Shown here in pieces: positions 12,833 through 25,729 of a stretch of 64,000 bases of DNA; within the stretch, counting starts at the first letter, position 1, and each line of letters starts with the position of its first letter. The position numbers were made by a program, and so were the translations under genes. The stretch lies in NCBI GenBank assembly GCA_040954595.2, contig CM082579.2, forward strand, positions 14,918,550-14,982,549, read 5' to 3'. The notes below the pieces were generated by a model, which did not search any database, was not told the DNA's origin, and worked only from the letters and a program-made list of their open reading frames with translations. Source of the DNA: Balanoglossus misakiensis (Eukaryota; Animalia; Hemichordata).

Positions 12833-13542
12833 CATAACATTCTCTACTAGAAGACCTGAACAGTAAATAACTGAAATAAAATACACAAAAGAGAATGCAT
12901 CTGAATAGAACACAATTTATTAACTTGGATTGGTCATGGGCATCAGGGCGCTCTACTTAAGAAATTCTAGAACATGTTTGTACAAGTGGCATTTTCATGA
13001 GCAGTGAGCAACGAGGCCTTTCTGGCATGTAATACTTAAAATCCAAACATCAGATTTTTTATCACACAAAATCATATTATATATAATGACATTATAAATG
13101 GTGTGCGCTTATATTTGGTTACGGATTTAAAACCTCTTTGAGGAAAATTTTGCAGAGAGGTCTTGTATCTACAACCAAATAACCACTATGTTCATATCAT
13201 TCAGATTGCTCAGTACTATCAGCGAGTTCACCAGTGGTTTCCAGAAATCTATAGGCTAAACATATGCCATTTTCATTGTGCCTCCCCCCATCTATTTCAA
13301 TACAATAAATAATGGCTGGCTTGATTTTTCACCAGGACTTTTCAACAATAGTTTTTGTTAAGATATAGACAACATTCCAGATGTGTATGAAAACTTGAGG
13401 AAAATAATAACATTTGACCTGTCATCAGTTGTGAATTAATTAAATATTTTCATAAACTACACATTATAATCAAATTTAAACTCGTATGTAATGAATAATC
13501 GTCTCAACATAAGAGCTGCTAAGGCTAGACTCAACAGCACTA

Positions 13543-14031
13543 TCAACACGAAAGAATTACTATTTTCTTGCTGACGTATCTGGCGATTATTCTGATTTGA
13601 TAGTGTGTCGTTTCTTCTTCTGGGTTGCTCATACCCTTGCTGGCTGACATTTCTTTGTCGTATGTTTGTCTCTGTGGTAGCATTGTCATTGGCATTTCTC
13701 TGGGGGTGTTTTCTGTGTTGGCAGTTGCAGGTTCTGGTGCTAGGGGAGTGTTGACATCTGCCTGGGGTGTTGCATCGGCTGGCGGTTGAACGGTGTTGTC
13801 GTTGTTCGATGCCGCATCTCTGTGTCGTGGCGGCTGTCCGGCTCCTGCAAACGCAGCGTACTGAGACACGAATGGGTTCGGGTATGACATCTGCTGGAAG
13901 TGTTGCTGGTATGCTGCGGCTGGATAGGGTGGGGGTTGTTGGTTCGCAGAAGCTACAGGCTGGGGTGTGTTTGTGCTTGTGCTTGTTGTGGCAGTATCAG
14001 CAGAGGTTGCTATGCTTTTCTTTGTCTCTTC
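13543..14031 (-). CDS. Putative 3'-terminal coding exon, P/T/Q/A-rich low-complexity, unknown protein
   Basis: Acceptor ttctttttatcctccacAG at 14033-14032; 489 nt open in phase 0 (EETKKSIATSADTATTSTSTNTPQPVASANQQPPPYPAAAYQQHFQQMSYPNPF...ILSC*); minus-strand AATAAA at 12916-12921. Confidence 0.55.
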   Translation of the reverse strand, partial: EETKKSIATSADTATTSTSTNTPQPVASANQQPPPYPAAAYQQHFQQMSYPNPFVSQYAAFAGAGQPPRHRDAASNNDNTVQPPADATPQADVNTPLAPEPATANTENTPREMPMTMLPQRQTYDKEMSASKGMSNPEEETTHYQIRIIARYVSKKIVILSC

Positions 14032-16366
14032 CTGTGGAGGATAAAAAGAACACAGTGTTTTTGCAAAGGTCGGGGAACACTGGTAATGGATTTGGGAACC
14101 CCGTTAATATTCCTATAACCTCCTAATATAACCACATTGATACACCCAGGGGAACCCCGGTAAAATGACTGGGGAACTCTGGTAGACTGCCTGACCACTG
14201 TGACATTGGCCTTGTTCTGTTGTTTGAATTCGGAGTGACTGGGGTACTCCGGTAGATTTTATCTAGGTACCGCCCTTAACAAAAACACTAGAACAGAATC
14301 ACAATTTGGAAGGCATGAGAGGCAAATACCATTTAAGGATGTACACGCACAACATAAACTGATAAACAGTGCATGTGTGTCTGTTCCTGAAAGGATTACA
14401 TCGATAATTGCCAGAAAACAAACTTCTACTATTGTCTTTTTCACGAAATTTTACACATAGCTCAGACAAGTAAACGTAAATTCATTGGTCAAAAAAAATT
14501 ATGTGGTCACCAAGCTCTATTATGAGATAAATTGCGTTAAAATCTTCGCCAATAGACAAACCATTGGTGAAAAATGCTGAGACAGCAAATTTCTTCTATT
14601 ATCAACTAAATTCATGGCTCTGTATTTTTTTTAAAAAGGGCAATGACCCCTACAATTTTTAACGGATTCTCATTATACATACACAGCATAATCCAAAAAT
14701 CCACAATTAAAAGAATGACAATACTTTCAACGTGTATAATACCAGCATACACCTGTTTCAAGTCCAGTGTCCTAATACACCATCATCATGAATTGGAACT
14801 CAAAGCAAGGCCAATGAGCAAACCCAGATTGACAACTCATTACACCAGCAAAGTGGTTTCTTTATGGAAGTGGTGGTACCAATAAATACTTTATTCAAGG
14901 TAAGAATTTCTTATTGTAGCAGTATTTTCATTTCCATTCATGTTTTAAAGGCCTTTTTTGTAGATTCTGAGTTTCTATGCCAGACAAAGTATGATTATTT
15001 TTCCACTAATGCAGCCTGAATTAAAGTCAACATTTTTCACCATAGGTCTTTCTATGTTATTTTTCTATAGGCATGGACACATTTAAGTTTATCTCAAAAC
15101 TGAGCACAGTGGTGAGCCTACAACTTATATGAATCACTCAATTTAATTTCATTTGGATGAGTTATGAGTGAAACTTCTTAAAATTACAATAGTAGAAAAG
15201 GGTTTTCTATCAATTCTTAATGTTATCCTATGGGAAGAAACACATTCCATGAGCTCATACATGTAGTGTGTGCCATTCTTAACCCTTTCAGTATTATATG
15301 AATCAGATATAGAAGCTTGTTCAACGTCCCGTTGCGGCCAAGCCAATCAGATTGCACGTTATGTCAATCAAAACTGAAGGATACCTAAAGTTCTCTATAA
15401 GGCACCGTCTGATTGGTTTACTAGAGTTTTCAACGGGAGCTTCTATGGGAGTTGGTCAGATGTAGTGTGAGGCGACAGTATAAGAATACCGTACTGCGAA
15501 GTAAAAGACGTCGCCGTACCCTACATCTGATTTTAATCAGATTGTATGCACACATAAGCTGGTTTAGAATACTGATAAACCCTGATGAAACAATCTCAGT
15601 AAAATATATACAGATGAGAATGAGAATGCAGTTAAAGTTAAATATACATTCGTTGTATCTTTTGGCTTTATTTCCAGTATTTTTGTTCTATGTAGCAAAT
15701 GCGATTTCATGTTCTACTCCACACAGATTGTTACTTGTCAGCACAGAATGTATGTGTATAATGGCCATTGTCATTGTTGACAATAATTCATGGATTCTAG
15801 TCTGGACTTAAATTCCAATTTGGCACAATAACAATGCTGACCATACACATATATGTTTCATCATGTTTCGGGAATTTGCACAAGAAACTGCTAAACAAAG
15901 ATACTGAAAACATAGGAAAAAGGTAAAGGTAATGGAGCTTTAATTACAATTCACACTGTATACAAAATCCATGTAAAAATTCAAAATACTGGATTTGTCA
16001 GCTTCAACTGATATGGGGGTCACACAAGAAATTGCTAAAACGTCTCAGATCAAATACTGGCATAAATTATTATTGGTGAATGGTTTAAGTGGTCCTGAAT
16101 CTTCTCAGATTTGAGACACGTCTCTTACCAGGTTCACACAGGGTAAAATTTGAGACACTATTAGTATATGGTAAACACAGAGCGTTAATACTTTGGGGGG
16201 GGGGGGGTTAGCTGGGCAGACCCGCCCTCCTTTATTTTTTGCCACCCTGCTATCTTACGCGCCGCCCTGCTTTCTTTTCATTCCCGCCTTGGTAAATATT
16301 TATTGTTTCTGGTGCACGCTCCCGCATGCGGCTGGCATTTGAGAGAATGATATTTATTCAGTTTAG

Positions 16367-17458
16367 GGATGTTTTGTCGCCTTTGTACAAAACACAAGCA
16401 GAAGGCCAAGTGCGGAGGGACTTGGGTTACAACATCTCCATGTACATGTACCACCCTTCGCGAAGACAAACTCAAGCAGCATGAAGAGACGATTATCGAC
16501 CGGGCGGCAATGCAGCTTGACGCCGAGGCAGCAGTTATCGAGAACAGCAGCGGTCTTGTGGCTGCATTTGACAAGGTCATCACCTTTGAGACGCAAGCCT
16601 TCATGCATCGGCGTCCTACGATGCATGTATTTTCTCATGCACAGAGAATTGCCGCACACCACCAACTTCATCCATGTTTTGGAATTGGCAAAGTCCCTCG
16701 GGTGTTCATTCCTTGGTACTCTCAGCAGTGATGACCACAACTATAATGGTTTATTGCATTGGTAAGTAGGTCTACTGATTTTTGTGCAGATCTAAATTGT
16801 AGGCAATGTAGTGACATTTATTTAAACCTGGTTGTTTTCAAGAAAGGATCACTGTTTAAGCAATAGTGTTACACTCAATAAATAATAATTACTGTACAAA
16901 TTACTGTGAATTTTGATAAGTTTAATCTGAAGAGTAATTTTCATTTATTTCATTTTTCAGGCAAAGTCATCCGTGATGAGATTTTAGAGAAGATGAAAGG
17001 AAGTAACTTCTATTCACTGTTAATAGATGAAAACAACTGATGTGGCTGTATTGAAGCAATTAATCATCTATTCCAAGTACACCTTGAAGTCTGGGAAGTC
17101 AGTTGTGTCTTTCCTTGGAGTTAAAGAAGTAAGTGGAAAGTTTTTCAATTTTTAAGTCTACACTGAATTAAAAACATACGATTAAACATGTTTTTGAGTG
17201 ACCTCATTTAATTGATTTTGCTGACTAGTTATTTCAGGTGAGACAAACATTGAGTTGTACATTGCATGTGTTAACATCAAGGTTTTATTTTCACTGTTTT
17301 AGGTTGGTGATGGCAGAGCAGACACCATTGCACAGTCAGTGAAAGAGTTTTCTTCAGAGAATGGTATTGTCTTAAGAGATCGTCTGTCTGCTTTGGGCAG
17401 TGATGGTGCTCCTGTTATGCTAGGACAGAAAGGAGGGGTGGCTACCAAACTAAAAGAA
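16367..17458 (+). pseudogene. Intron-containing hAT-family transposase (ZNF862-like), frameshifted and 3'-truncated
   Basis: Exons 16367-16761 (MFCRLCTKH..C..LREDKLKQHE; LRCMYFLMHRELPHTTNF..LELAKSLG), 16961-17128 (FYSLLIDE/TTDVAVLKQLIIY, one extra A) and 17303-17458 (DGRADTI..ALGSDGAPVMLGQKGGVATKLK); canonical AG/GT sites; IDETTD and SDGA carry the first two catalytic Asp residues of hAT DDE transposases. Confidence 0.85.
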
Positions 17459-18269
17459 GTGAGTGAAATTTTGAGTTGTGAAGACATTGTGATTTTGTAA
17501 GTTTTTAGTTGGTGTCTTTATATCGTGACAATAATAATAGTAATAATTAAAGCTACAAGCAGCATTGAAGGGGCCCAAGCATAGAGATAATAACCATTAG
17601 ACTCCATTCAGGGTTGTACCATTCAATTGCGTAGGCTGTATTTGCTCTGGATGTGGAGATATGGGGAAGTAGGCAACCACCCGAAATGGATGTCCTACAA
17701 GTACAAACACAACAACCACAAGTGAACTTCTACGTTATGTAAGGACTTCAGTTAAGTACTTCAAAGGTCAGCTGAGGGTACCCAAAAATTGGGCCAAAAA
17801 TTTGGATTCCTATTTGGTTCATATTCAAGACAACGGAAAATTCTCGCCCTTTGGGTTTTTAAAATTAGGTATGGCCATAATAATGAGTTACGCAAGTAAG
17901 TTACAGGTGGCCCTAGGAATTTAGCATTTCATGACGGTCCTACCCTACCCCTCGAAACACGTGGCTATATATGATGTGCATGTTAACATATGGAAAGCAG
18001 GTCAATGGACACCTGAGGTCATTCAAAAATTTGACAGAAAAATTTCATTCCTGTTTATGTCTTGTGCAACAAATCCTACATTTGCAGCCCTTTCACTTTG
18101 CCTAACATTAGGTATGCACGTAATACATGAATCAAGCAGGTGTCAAAGGTATCCCCCTGTATTTGGCATTTCATGATAGTTTCATCCCTCCAAATACCAA
18201 AGCTGCACCTGTACAACGGGATGAGATATGGCACTGTATGACAGAGGTCATCCAAATCACCTTATACAT

Positions 18270-19126
18270 CAATCAATCAATCAATCAGAGAAATTTGTAT
18301 AGCGCCAGTATCTATAACAAGTGTCATACTCAAAGGCGCTTGTGCTCATTGGCCCACACCATATGCTCTTGCAAAATAATGCGTCTTCAGTCTTTTCTTA
18401 AAGATACTCAAACTTGGAGCTTGACGAATGTTCCACAGTTTCGTTGCAGCATGAGAGAATGCTCGGCCACCGTATGAAGAACGTTTGTACATTGTAGTGC
18501 ATAAAAGGCTCTTATTAGCTGAACGAAGCCTGCGACCAGGAGAATATGTCCGAATGAGATCGCGGATATAGTTCGGAGCGAGATTATTTAAGGCTTTGTA
18601 TGTGAGCAGATTTATTTTATACTCTATCCTGTGGCGAACTGGTAACCAATGAAGAAGTTGAAGAACTGGCGTTATATGGGCAGACTTCCTGGACCGAGTT
18701 ATGATTCTTGCAGCTGTATTTTGTGTGCGTTGTAGAAGGTTCAGACTGCGTTCTGGTATACCATACAGTAATGCATTACCATAGTCGAGTTTCGCTGCCA
18801 AAATAGCATGAATCACTGTTTGACATGTTGCTTTGTTAAGAAATTTCCTGATTTGTCCGACACGGCGAAAGTGGTAATATATTGATTGACAAGTTTTCTT
18901 GATGTGATCTTTATACATGTGCGTATTGTCAAATATTACACCAATATTGCGAGCTGATTTAACGACGGGAACAGAGCTTGAACCAATGGTAATCTTGTCA
19001 ATAGCATCAGCAGAGTGATGAAATTGTGAACGAATAAGTAGAATCTCAGTTTTTGGAGTCGTTGAGTTGAAGCTTGTTTTGGGTCATCCAGTCCTTAAGA
19101 TCACGGATACAGGCCTCAATGGACAT
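18270..19126 (-). mobile_element. 5'-truncated L2/CR1-group LINE (C-terminal ORF2)
   Basis: ORF 18346-18918 has LDYGNALLYG..LQRTQNTAAR..HITPVLQLLHWLPVRHRIEYK..FKKRLKT; (TGAT)n tail at 18270-18287; ACAT on both sides; absent from the empty site in copy 2 (~43661). Confidence 0.9.
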
Positions 19127-19828
19127 TTGGGCAAAAACCAACTGACACTTACATTCGTCCCTGTGGAACAAAAACCACACCTATCGCCCTGTTGGTTAGT
19201 GTCTAATTAAATGTACAAAATCAATGACTTAGGCAGGTGCAACAGACGACCCCGCCTTTGGTATATCATTATGGTCCCATCCGTATATGCCCCCCCCCCT
19301 CCCAAGCCAAAGCTGCATGCATCTGCTGTGGATGCTCACTAAGCAAAAGTAGGTGAAAGGTCACATAAGGTCGCCCACAACTTGACGGGAAAATCGGACT
19401 TCATATTGATCCATGTGCAACAAATAGCACGCTACCACCCCTTTCATTGACCCCACAATTACGCATGCACATAATTATTGAGTTATGCAGGTGTCACAGG
19501 TGACACCCGAATCGGGTGTATTATTTTAGTCCCATACAGCTGCATGTAGCTGCGTGCCGTTACGGGCGACCTGATAACCCACACGGCCACCTGCGGGCCG
19601 ACCCCCATACTGAACGTCCAGTTGCAACATCACGACTGAAGTAGGAACTTTTGAACGGCAACGAAGCCTGATCTCTGATTATTGCTGGTACCATACTCCT
19701 GTCGTGCAAGAAAATCACTGGTCTGCTGACGTATTTCAGCCAATTTCCCAAACTACTATCCACTACATGTGACTACAATGCTAATGAAACCTCCCACAAC
19801 ATTAGCGACTTAGGGTCAAAGTCCACTG

Positions 19829-22363
19829 TTTTAAATTTTTTCATCGGTTTTACTTTAAAGGATGCCCACAAATTGCAACAGTAAATATTACTACAATATG
19901 CCAAAAATAAAACTTTCTTCACATCTTGACTAAAATGTTGAAAATGTCTCAATAGCATGTTTGCTCTAACACAAAATGCTCTTCTCTGTCGTTCAATATC
20001 TTCATTATCACAACCCTCACAAGATATAACATGGCCCAGATAGGTGTGTACAGGTACAAACTTTAAAGTGATGTCATTAAGTTTAACCGAAGGAATTCTT
20101 TGAACGCTCATATTCTTCCCATTAAAAAGCATGCACACAGTTTTACTAGAATTATAAATTATATCATAATCATTGCCATAAATTTCACAAATTCTAAGAA
20201 GACGGTGTAGACCCTTAATACTTGGACTGAGTAGAGTCATGTCGTCAGCGTAACCTAAAGTGTTAGCGCTGACACCACACATGGTACAGCCAACTTTGGC
20301 TTTACAGAGTGCATTGATAAGATCATCAATGTAGACATTAAAAAGATAGGGAGAGAGTACTCCCCCTTGTCTTACACCGTTAGAAACAGAAAACAACTCT
20401 GAGGTTTCATTACCCCACAACACAGTAAACAATTGATTTCTGTACCATTAAAGGTCACATGTCATGCTTTGGAAAGTTTTCATTTTTCCACGTCAAAAGC
20501 TCACCTAGGGTACCTGTCTATGCATTGCCTATTGTGACGGTTCCGAAAAATGTGCACGAATGCCGGAATTTGCCACCTTTTTTCATGCCTGTGATCGGGG
20601 AGCCACTTCGCACTCGAGCCAGGCGAAGGTATTTGCATATGGACAAACAAGTACACTATGTCGTAGTGTACCATTCTGTTTACAGTAAAGTGTAATTATC
20701 GGTCCATGAGTAATTAAGTCCACAGACAAAGATAAGCTATATAAACAGTGTTCAAAGCAAAGGAAGCCCTTGCCTCACATTGCAGGCAGAGGATTTACAA
20801 AGGTGTGAAAGACTATTTGTCCACATCAAGATAAGTCTTCGGCTTAACTTCGAAAAGCCAAAAAAAATCGACTGAGTTGGGTTAGGGGTACACGCCCACC
20901 CGCCACTTTTACTTGCTTGTTATCTAAGCACAAGGGGCAAAACGCATTGCAAGATAGTAACATACGTTAACTTCAAGACCCAAATAGTGATTTTACGCGT
21001 GGTTGTATAGGGCATGGCATGGGACCTTTAATATAAAATTCGTACAGCATACAAGGGAACATTCCTGTCGATGAGCTTGTTAACCAGTTTAAAGTGATTA
21101 ACTCTGTCAAAAGCTTTTGAAGCATCCAGAAAACAAGTAAACACTGGTCTTCCATTGCTGGTGTAGTAGCTAATGATTTCTTTAAATGCAAATAAACACA
21201 GGTCAGTTGAATGTTCTCGCTTGAAACCAAATTGTAAATAATGAGAGGTAAGAAACTCCTCACAACGAGAAAGTAAAATAGGCTCAAAAACTTTAGAGAA
21301 AACAGTTGCTAGTGCTATCGGCCGGTAGTTACTGGCATCACTACAAAGCTTAGTTTTATCCTTAATTGGAACTAAAATAACGTTGATAGCCTCAGTTTGC
21401 AGGTAACCATGAACAATCAAGTCAAAATGGGTAAAATAGAGGAGTCTGAGAATTTGAGGTGCTCAGCTGAAATATTGTCAATGCCAGCTGTCTTATCGTC
21501 AGGTAACTTATGTATAGCAGAAATTACTTCTTCTTCAGAAACATACATATCAGAAGAAAATTTAACATACTTCATTTTCTCCTCGATGTCATTTTTACCA
21601 GTCTGAGCCTGGACAGAATTCAAAATATCACTGAAATGCTTGTGCCACATAATTGCAATTTCACTCTCACCAGTCGCTCCACCTACAGTGTCAGAAAGCG
21701 GCATTTTTCTGCTAGTTTGCTTTCTGACTTCCTTCCAGAAGTCGTTCTGTTTGTGGCAGCGTAAATTGTCAGCCATCTTGTCAGCCCTATTTTGATTCTC
21801 AATCTTTTTACAAGCACGTAAAGCATACTTAAAACGAGCTCTGGAAGATTTCATGGTTTCAAAAAGCGGGCCTTGTTAAGGTTTACCCCCATTAACCCAT
21901 AATAAAAACATGGAACGGGCATAGTCGTGACTTTCTTTTACAAAATCGTTCCAGCCAGGCACAACATGAACTTTCTGGTGAAACTTACGCCTAATGGTAT
22001 CTTTTGCAGCACAATTCAATGCGTCCACAACACTACTATAACAAGTATCAATTGCCTGTAAATGCGAAGGGTATGTACAGTTCACATTAGTGCAGAATAA
22101 CTCTTCGGATAAATTAATCTTATCAACCTTGGCTTTGGTACAACGGGTGTAGGCGGATATATTCTGCTGTGACAATTTTTTCCAATCAACTCGAAAATTA
22201 CATTGCTTGAAGGAACTACTGCTGAAGCATTCATCAGCAGAAGTGTTGAAATGAACCTCTATTGAAACAGGAATATGGTCGGAGTCAACAACATTGCAAA
22301 GACTCGAAATTGAAAGAACATTGCTATAAAAAATTTTTGTGGTAACACAGTGGTCAATCCAAA
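19829..22363 (-). mobile_element. Degenerate non-LTR retrotransposon (APE C-terminus + RT), copy 1, 3' end deleted
   Basis: WIDHCV..DSDHIP (APE end), NYRPIAL, QFGFK, FLDASKAFD, GVRQGGVLSP, YADD; frameshifts; interrupted by the 20452-21027 insertion; clade not assigned. Confidence 0.92.
20452..21027. mobile_element. 576-bp TTAA-specific non-autonomous DNA transposon (Kolobok-like) inside the LINE RT
   Basis: TTAA|aggtcacatgtcatgc...gcatggcatgggacct|TTAA; single TTAA empty site at 46067-46070. Confidence 0.9.
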
Positions 22364-23698
22364 CTCAGCGTAATTCAATAAAACGCCCTAACACAGCCTG
22401 AACTCCGATAATGTGTTGTCCCAAAATTCATTCCGTGGAAAATAATCACTGGTCTGTTTACGTATTTCAGCCGATTTTCCAAGGACTACTGCAACTCGCC
22501 AGAAGTGAGTAGCCTGCTAATGAGATCTCCACAACATTACGTAATGACGGTCAAAGTCCGATGCCCCAGTGTCCGTCCTCAGCCCACCAAAAAATGCGAA
22601 AAAATATTTCAAAAATCTTCTTCTCAAAATCGACGTGGCCTAGGACCTTGAAATTTGGCACAGGGGATTTTGGCCACATGGTCTACAAAAATCGCGAAAA
22701 GAATGTACATGCCCCCATTAACGTGCAAATTAGGTCAATTTGAAAATTTCGCTCGATTATAGCCACAAAGTCACGTGACTAATTACAAATTCAAAGGGCA
22801 GGTGCACCAGTACTCATGGGCCCCAACCACCGTGCCAAATTTGGAGGCGCACCTGCCGGAATTTCAGAGAAAAACGGGCGCAAAAAAACGACTCAAGAAG
22901 AAAGAAGACAAACTCCAGCAATAACAGAAGGGGACCAAGCGCCTGAGGGCTCTTGGTCCCCTAAATATGGGACTAAACTTGACAGATACCCGGAATATTT
23001 TCCTATTTAGGATACCTGGTTGCATTTCCACCTAAAGGCGTCCTATTGGCGTGGAAATTTTATAACTTGAAATCGTTTGACTGGGTGATAGGTATTAATA
23101 TCTTATGATGTTATAAAACACTTGGCTCGCCGAAGGTAAGGACCGATTATAGCGTCAGTCGTGTCATAAAATATATATGAACGTCATGGGTCAATAAACT
23201 TGATGGTCCAATAAAATTTAATGGTTCGTAAAACTATTGTGTCCAATGTCTGCAGAGTATACTGGCTGCAACATGTGTATGAGTCAGGATTAACGGCTGT
23301 AGCCATCAACCCAAAAGGTGAACGTCCTATTCTCACTAACTTAAATAGGTTTTGCGACCTAGTTGAGTGATAAAAACCTTATGATAAAGTCGACACAATT
23401 TCAAGATGACGATGTGCAAATGAGAGTTCATAAGCTAAAGTAAAGTTCAATGAATTCTATACAAAGTTCAAAAAAGATTTTTTACTAAAGGAAGACATGA
23501 ACAAACTGATATCGTCTCTTCATATTCGTACATGTCCAACTGTTGTGATTTGACCCCCCCCCCCCCCCCCATGGTACATGAACCTATTACTTAGTACACA
23601 CTTAAACAATTGCCATTTGATGTGCCTTGCTTGACAGTGTTTAATGCGGTGGTCAGCCGCGTTTATCTCTCGCCACTTCATGCATCATGTCGCCTTAA

Positions 23699-24018
23699 AG
23701 GGACAAACTCTCTCTCTCGTCGCCCTTTTCTATTAATTATGTTTGATACAAGACACCGTTTATATTAATGGGCATGTGTATATGTAGTGAATGAACGTTC
23801 AACCACACACAACTTCCATCCTGCTTGTATGATATGAGAGTAAAAACTCGCCCAAAATGAATTAATGGTAGAGACCGATTTTTCAGTTTTGCGAGTTTTC
23901 GCTCTCGTGTCTACATGCGGGATAGAAGGTGTGTGCGGTTGAACGTTGCATCACTATATATCCACATTTACATTAATATAAACGGTGTTTTGTATCAAAC
24001 ATGGAAAAGGGCAGCGAG
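23699..24018. mobile_element. Kolobok/T2-type MITE (family of 2780-3125), right end truncated
   Basis: TTAA|agggacaaactctctct..; shares internal sequence with 2780-3125. Confidence 0.75.
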
Positions 24019-24656
24019 TTAAGGATGTACGATCAGTAAAATTGAAAGCATTGTCATTTCTTTTAATCGTGAATTTTCGTTTCTGATTTGTATGTATAAT
24101 GAAAATCCATTTTGGGTCACTGCACTTGTTTTCGACTTTAAACAAGGCCGTGAATTTAGTCGACAATTGAAGAAAACTGCTAACGGTCAGCATTTTCTAC
24201 CAATGGTTTGTCTATGGATACAATATTGAACAAAGTTTATCTCAAAATAGAGCGTGATGAATTTATTTTGATTTGTCGGAGCTATGTGTAAAATTTCATG
24301 AAAATGACAATAGTAGAAGTGAGTTTTCTAACTATTCTCCATGTACTCCTATGGGAAGAGACACAGGCGCACAGTTTACCAGTTGACGACCTCTAAAGAG
24401 GAAACGGGGGGGGGGGGGATGATGAAAGGTTTAAGACTTACAGATCACAACTTAAAGAGCCATTCAGAAAGAGGCTTAGAGTGGAGTATCAAATCGGACG
24501 ATACCACTGACTGGTGGAGGAAGACAAAATAAGCAAACTGAGTAGATGAGTGCTCAGATTTCTTCAGAGGACCAAACGTTTCAAAGAATTATACGTGACA
24601 ATCCATGCCTGGTCCGTCAGTAGATATAAACAGAACATTGTGGCTGTATTCATTAA

Positions 24657-24947
24657 AGGGACCAAGTCTCTCTCTCGCTGCCCTTTTTCCATTAATTATG
24701 TTTGATACAAGACTGCGTTTATATTATTCTACATGTGGATATAGTGAATCAACGTTCAACCATACACACCTTCCACCCCGCTTGTATAGACACGAGAGTT
24801 TTAAAAAGTAGCCAAAATGAATAAACGGTCTCTACCATTTATTCATTTCGGGCGAGTTTTTACTCTCGTATCATACAAGCCGGATGGAAGTTGTGTGTGG
24901 TTGAACGTTCATTCACTAACATAAACGGTGTCTTGTATCATGTCCCT
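24657..24947. mobile_element. Kolobok/T2-type MITE (family of 2780-3125), opposite orientation
   Basis: TTAA|agggaccaagtc...tgtccct|TTAA. Confidence 0.8.
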
Positions 24948-25729
24948 TTAACACTTTTGAAGCATTTTACTAATGCTAACATGACTAGACCAATTGAATG
25001 ATGTTACATTGCAGGTTATCAACTCAGAGGGGCGTCTTGTTATAAAGCGGTACCTGACAAACAATCAGCTGGCAACGCTGAAAATACCTGTCAGTCGTAA
25101 GTATGAAAGTATACATCATTTGAGTAGAATTTTACGGGAGTTCCTAACAAGGCTTGGACATGTCACGCACAAATACAAAGGGCGCGTATAAAGACAGACA
25201 AAACCTCGCTCAGTGTGAGGTGTTCAGCGATTGCATCTGATAAGTCGAAAATGCTTGATCACGTGTCATGTTCAGTTGGGAAATTGGATATGTCTCAGGC
25301 CAAAAAAACTAATATGTGCTATTCCGATTACATGGTTTTCAAAAATATTGTAGGTAGAAAGGGACATTTTTTTATTTTTCAATTTTTTTTATATCTTTGG
25401 CCGTCGTAGTGTAGAAGAATGACATCATAGATCTTGCGTGATTCTCGCAATTTTCATGAATTGTTTTATATTTGACATCGTTATTTTTACTTCCGGTTTG
25501 CGAAGATCTAAACTGTTTTGGGTCGGCGGGCTAAAATTAGGGTAGTTCGGGTAATCGTTATGACATTGGGAGCTACGGCTGCAAAACCATGTGTCTCGTG
25601 CGAAAAGGGCCCTTAACCTTTTGCAATATTTAACAGCAAACAACAGACAGTTTTGAGAATAAAAGGTTTCCGTCGTGTCTGACTTTCATATCGCATTAAT
25701 AGCATATCCCTAATTTTAAAGAAATTAGG

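Larger units (their letters stand above)
17546..22964 (-). mobile_element. Helentron/Helitron2-type non-autonomous element hosting nested insertions
   Basis: Terminal hairpin ggggaccaagcgcctgagggctcttggtcccc (22930-22961); matching subterminal motif aaggggcccaagc (17568-17580) plus a small hairpin agctacaagcagc at the other end; internal subrepeats (aatcactggtctg..acgtatttcagcc at ~19713 and ~22444). Confidence 0.6.

Noticed and set aside
19773-22175. RT linked to the array as a retron/DGR/telomerase-like system
   Set aside because: Motifs, APE remnant and (ATT)n tail mark a 5'-truncated, disabled LINE that predates the duplication
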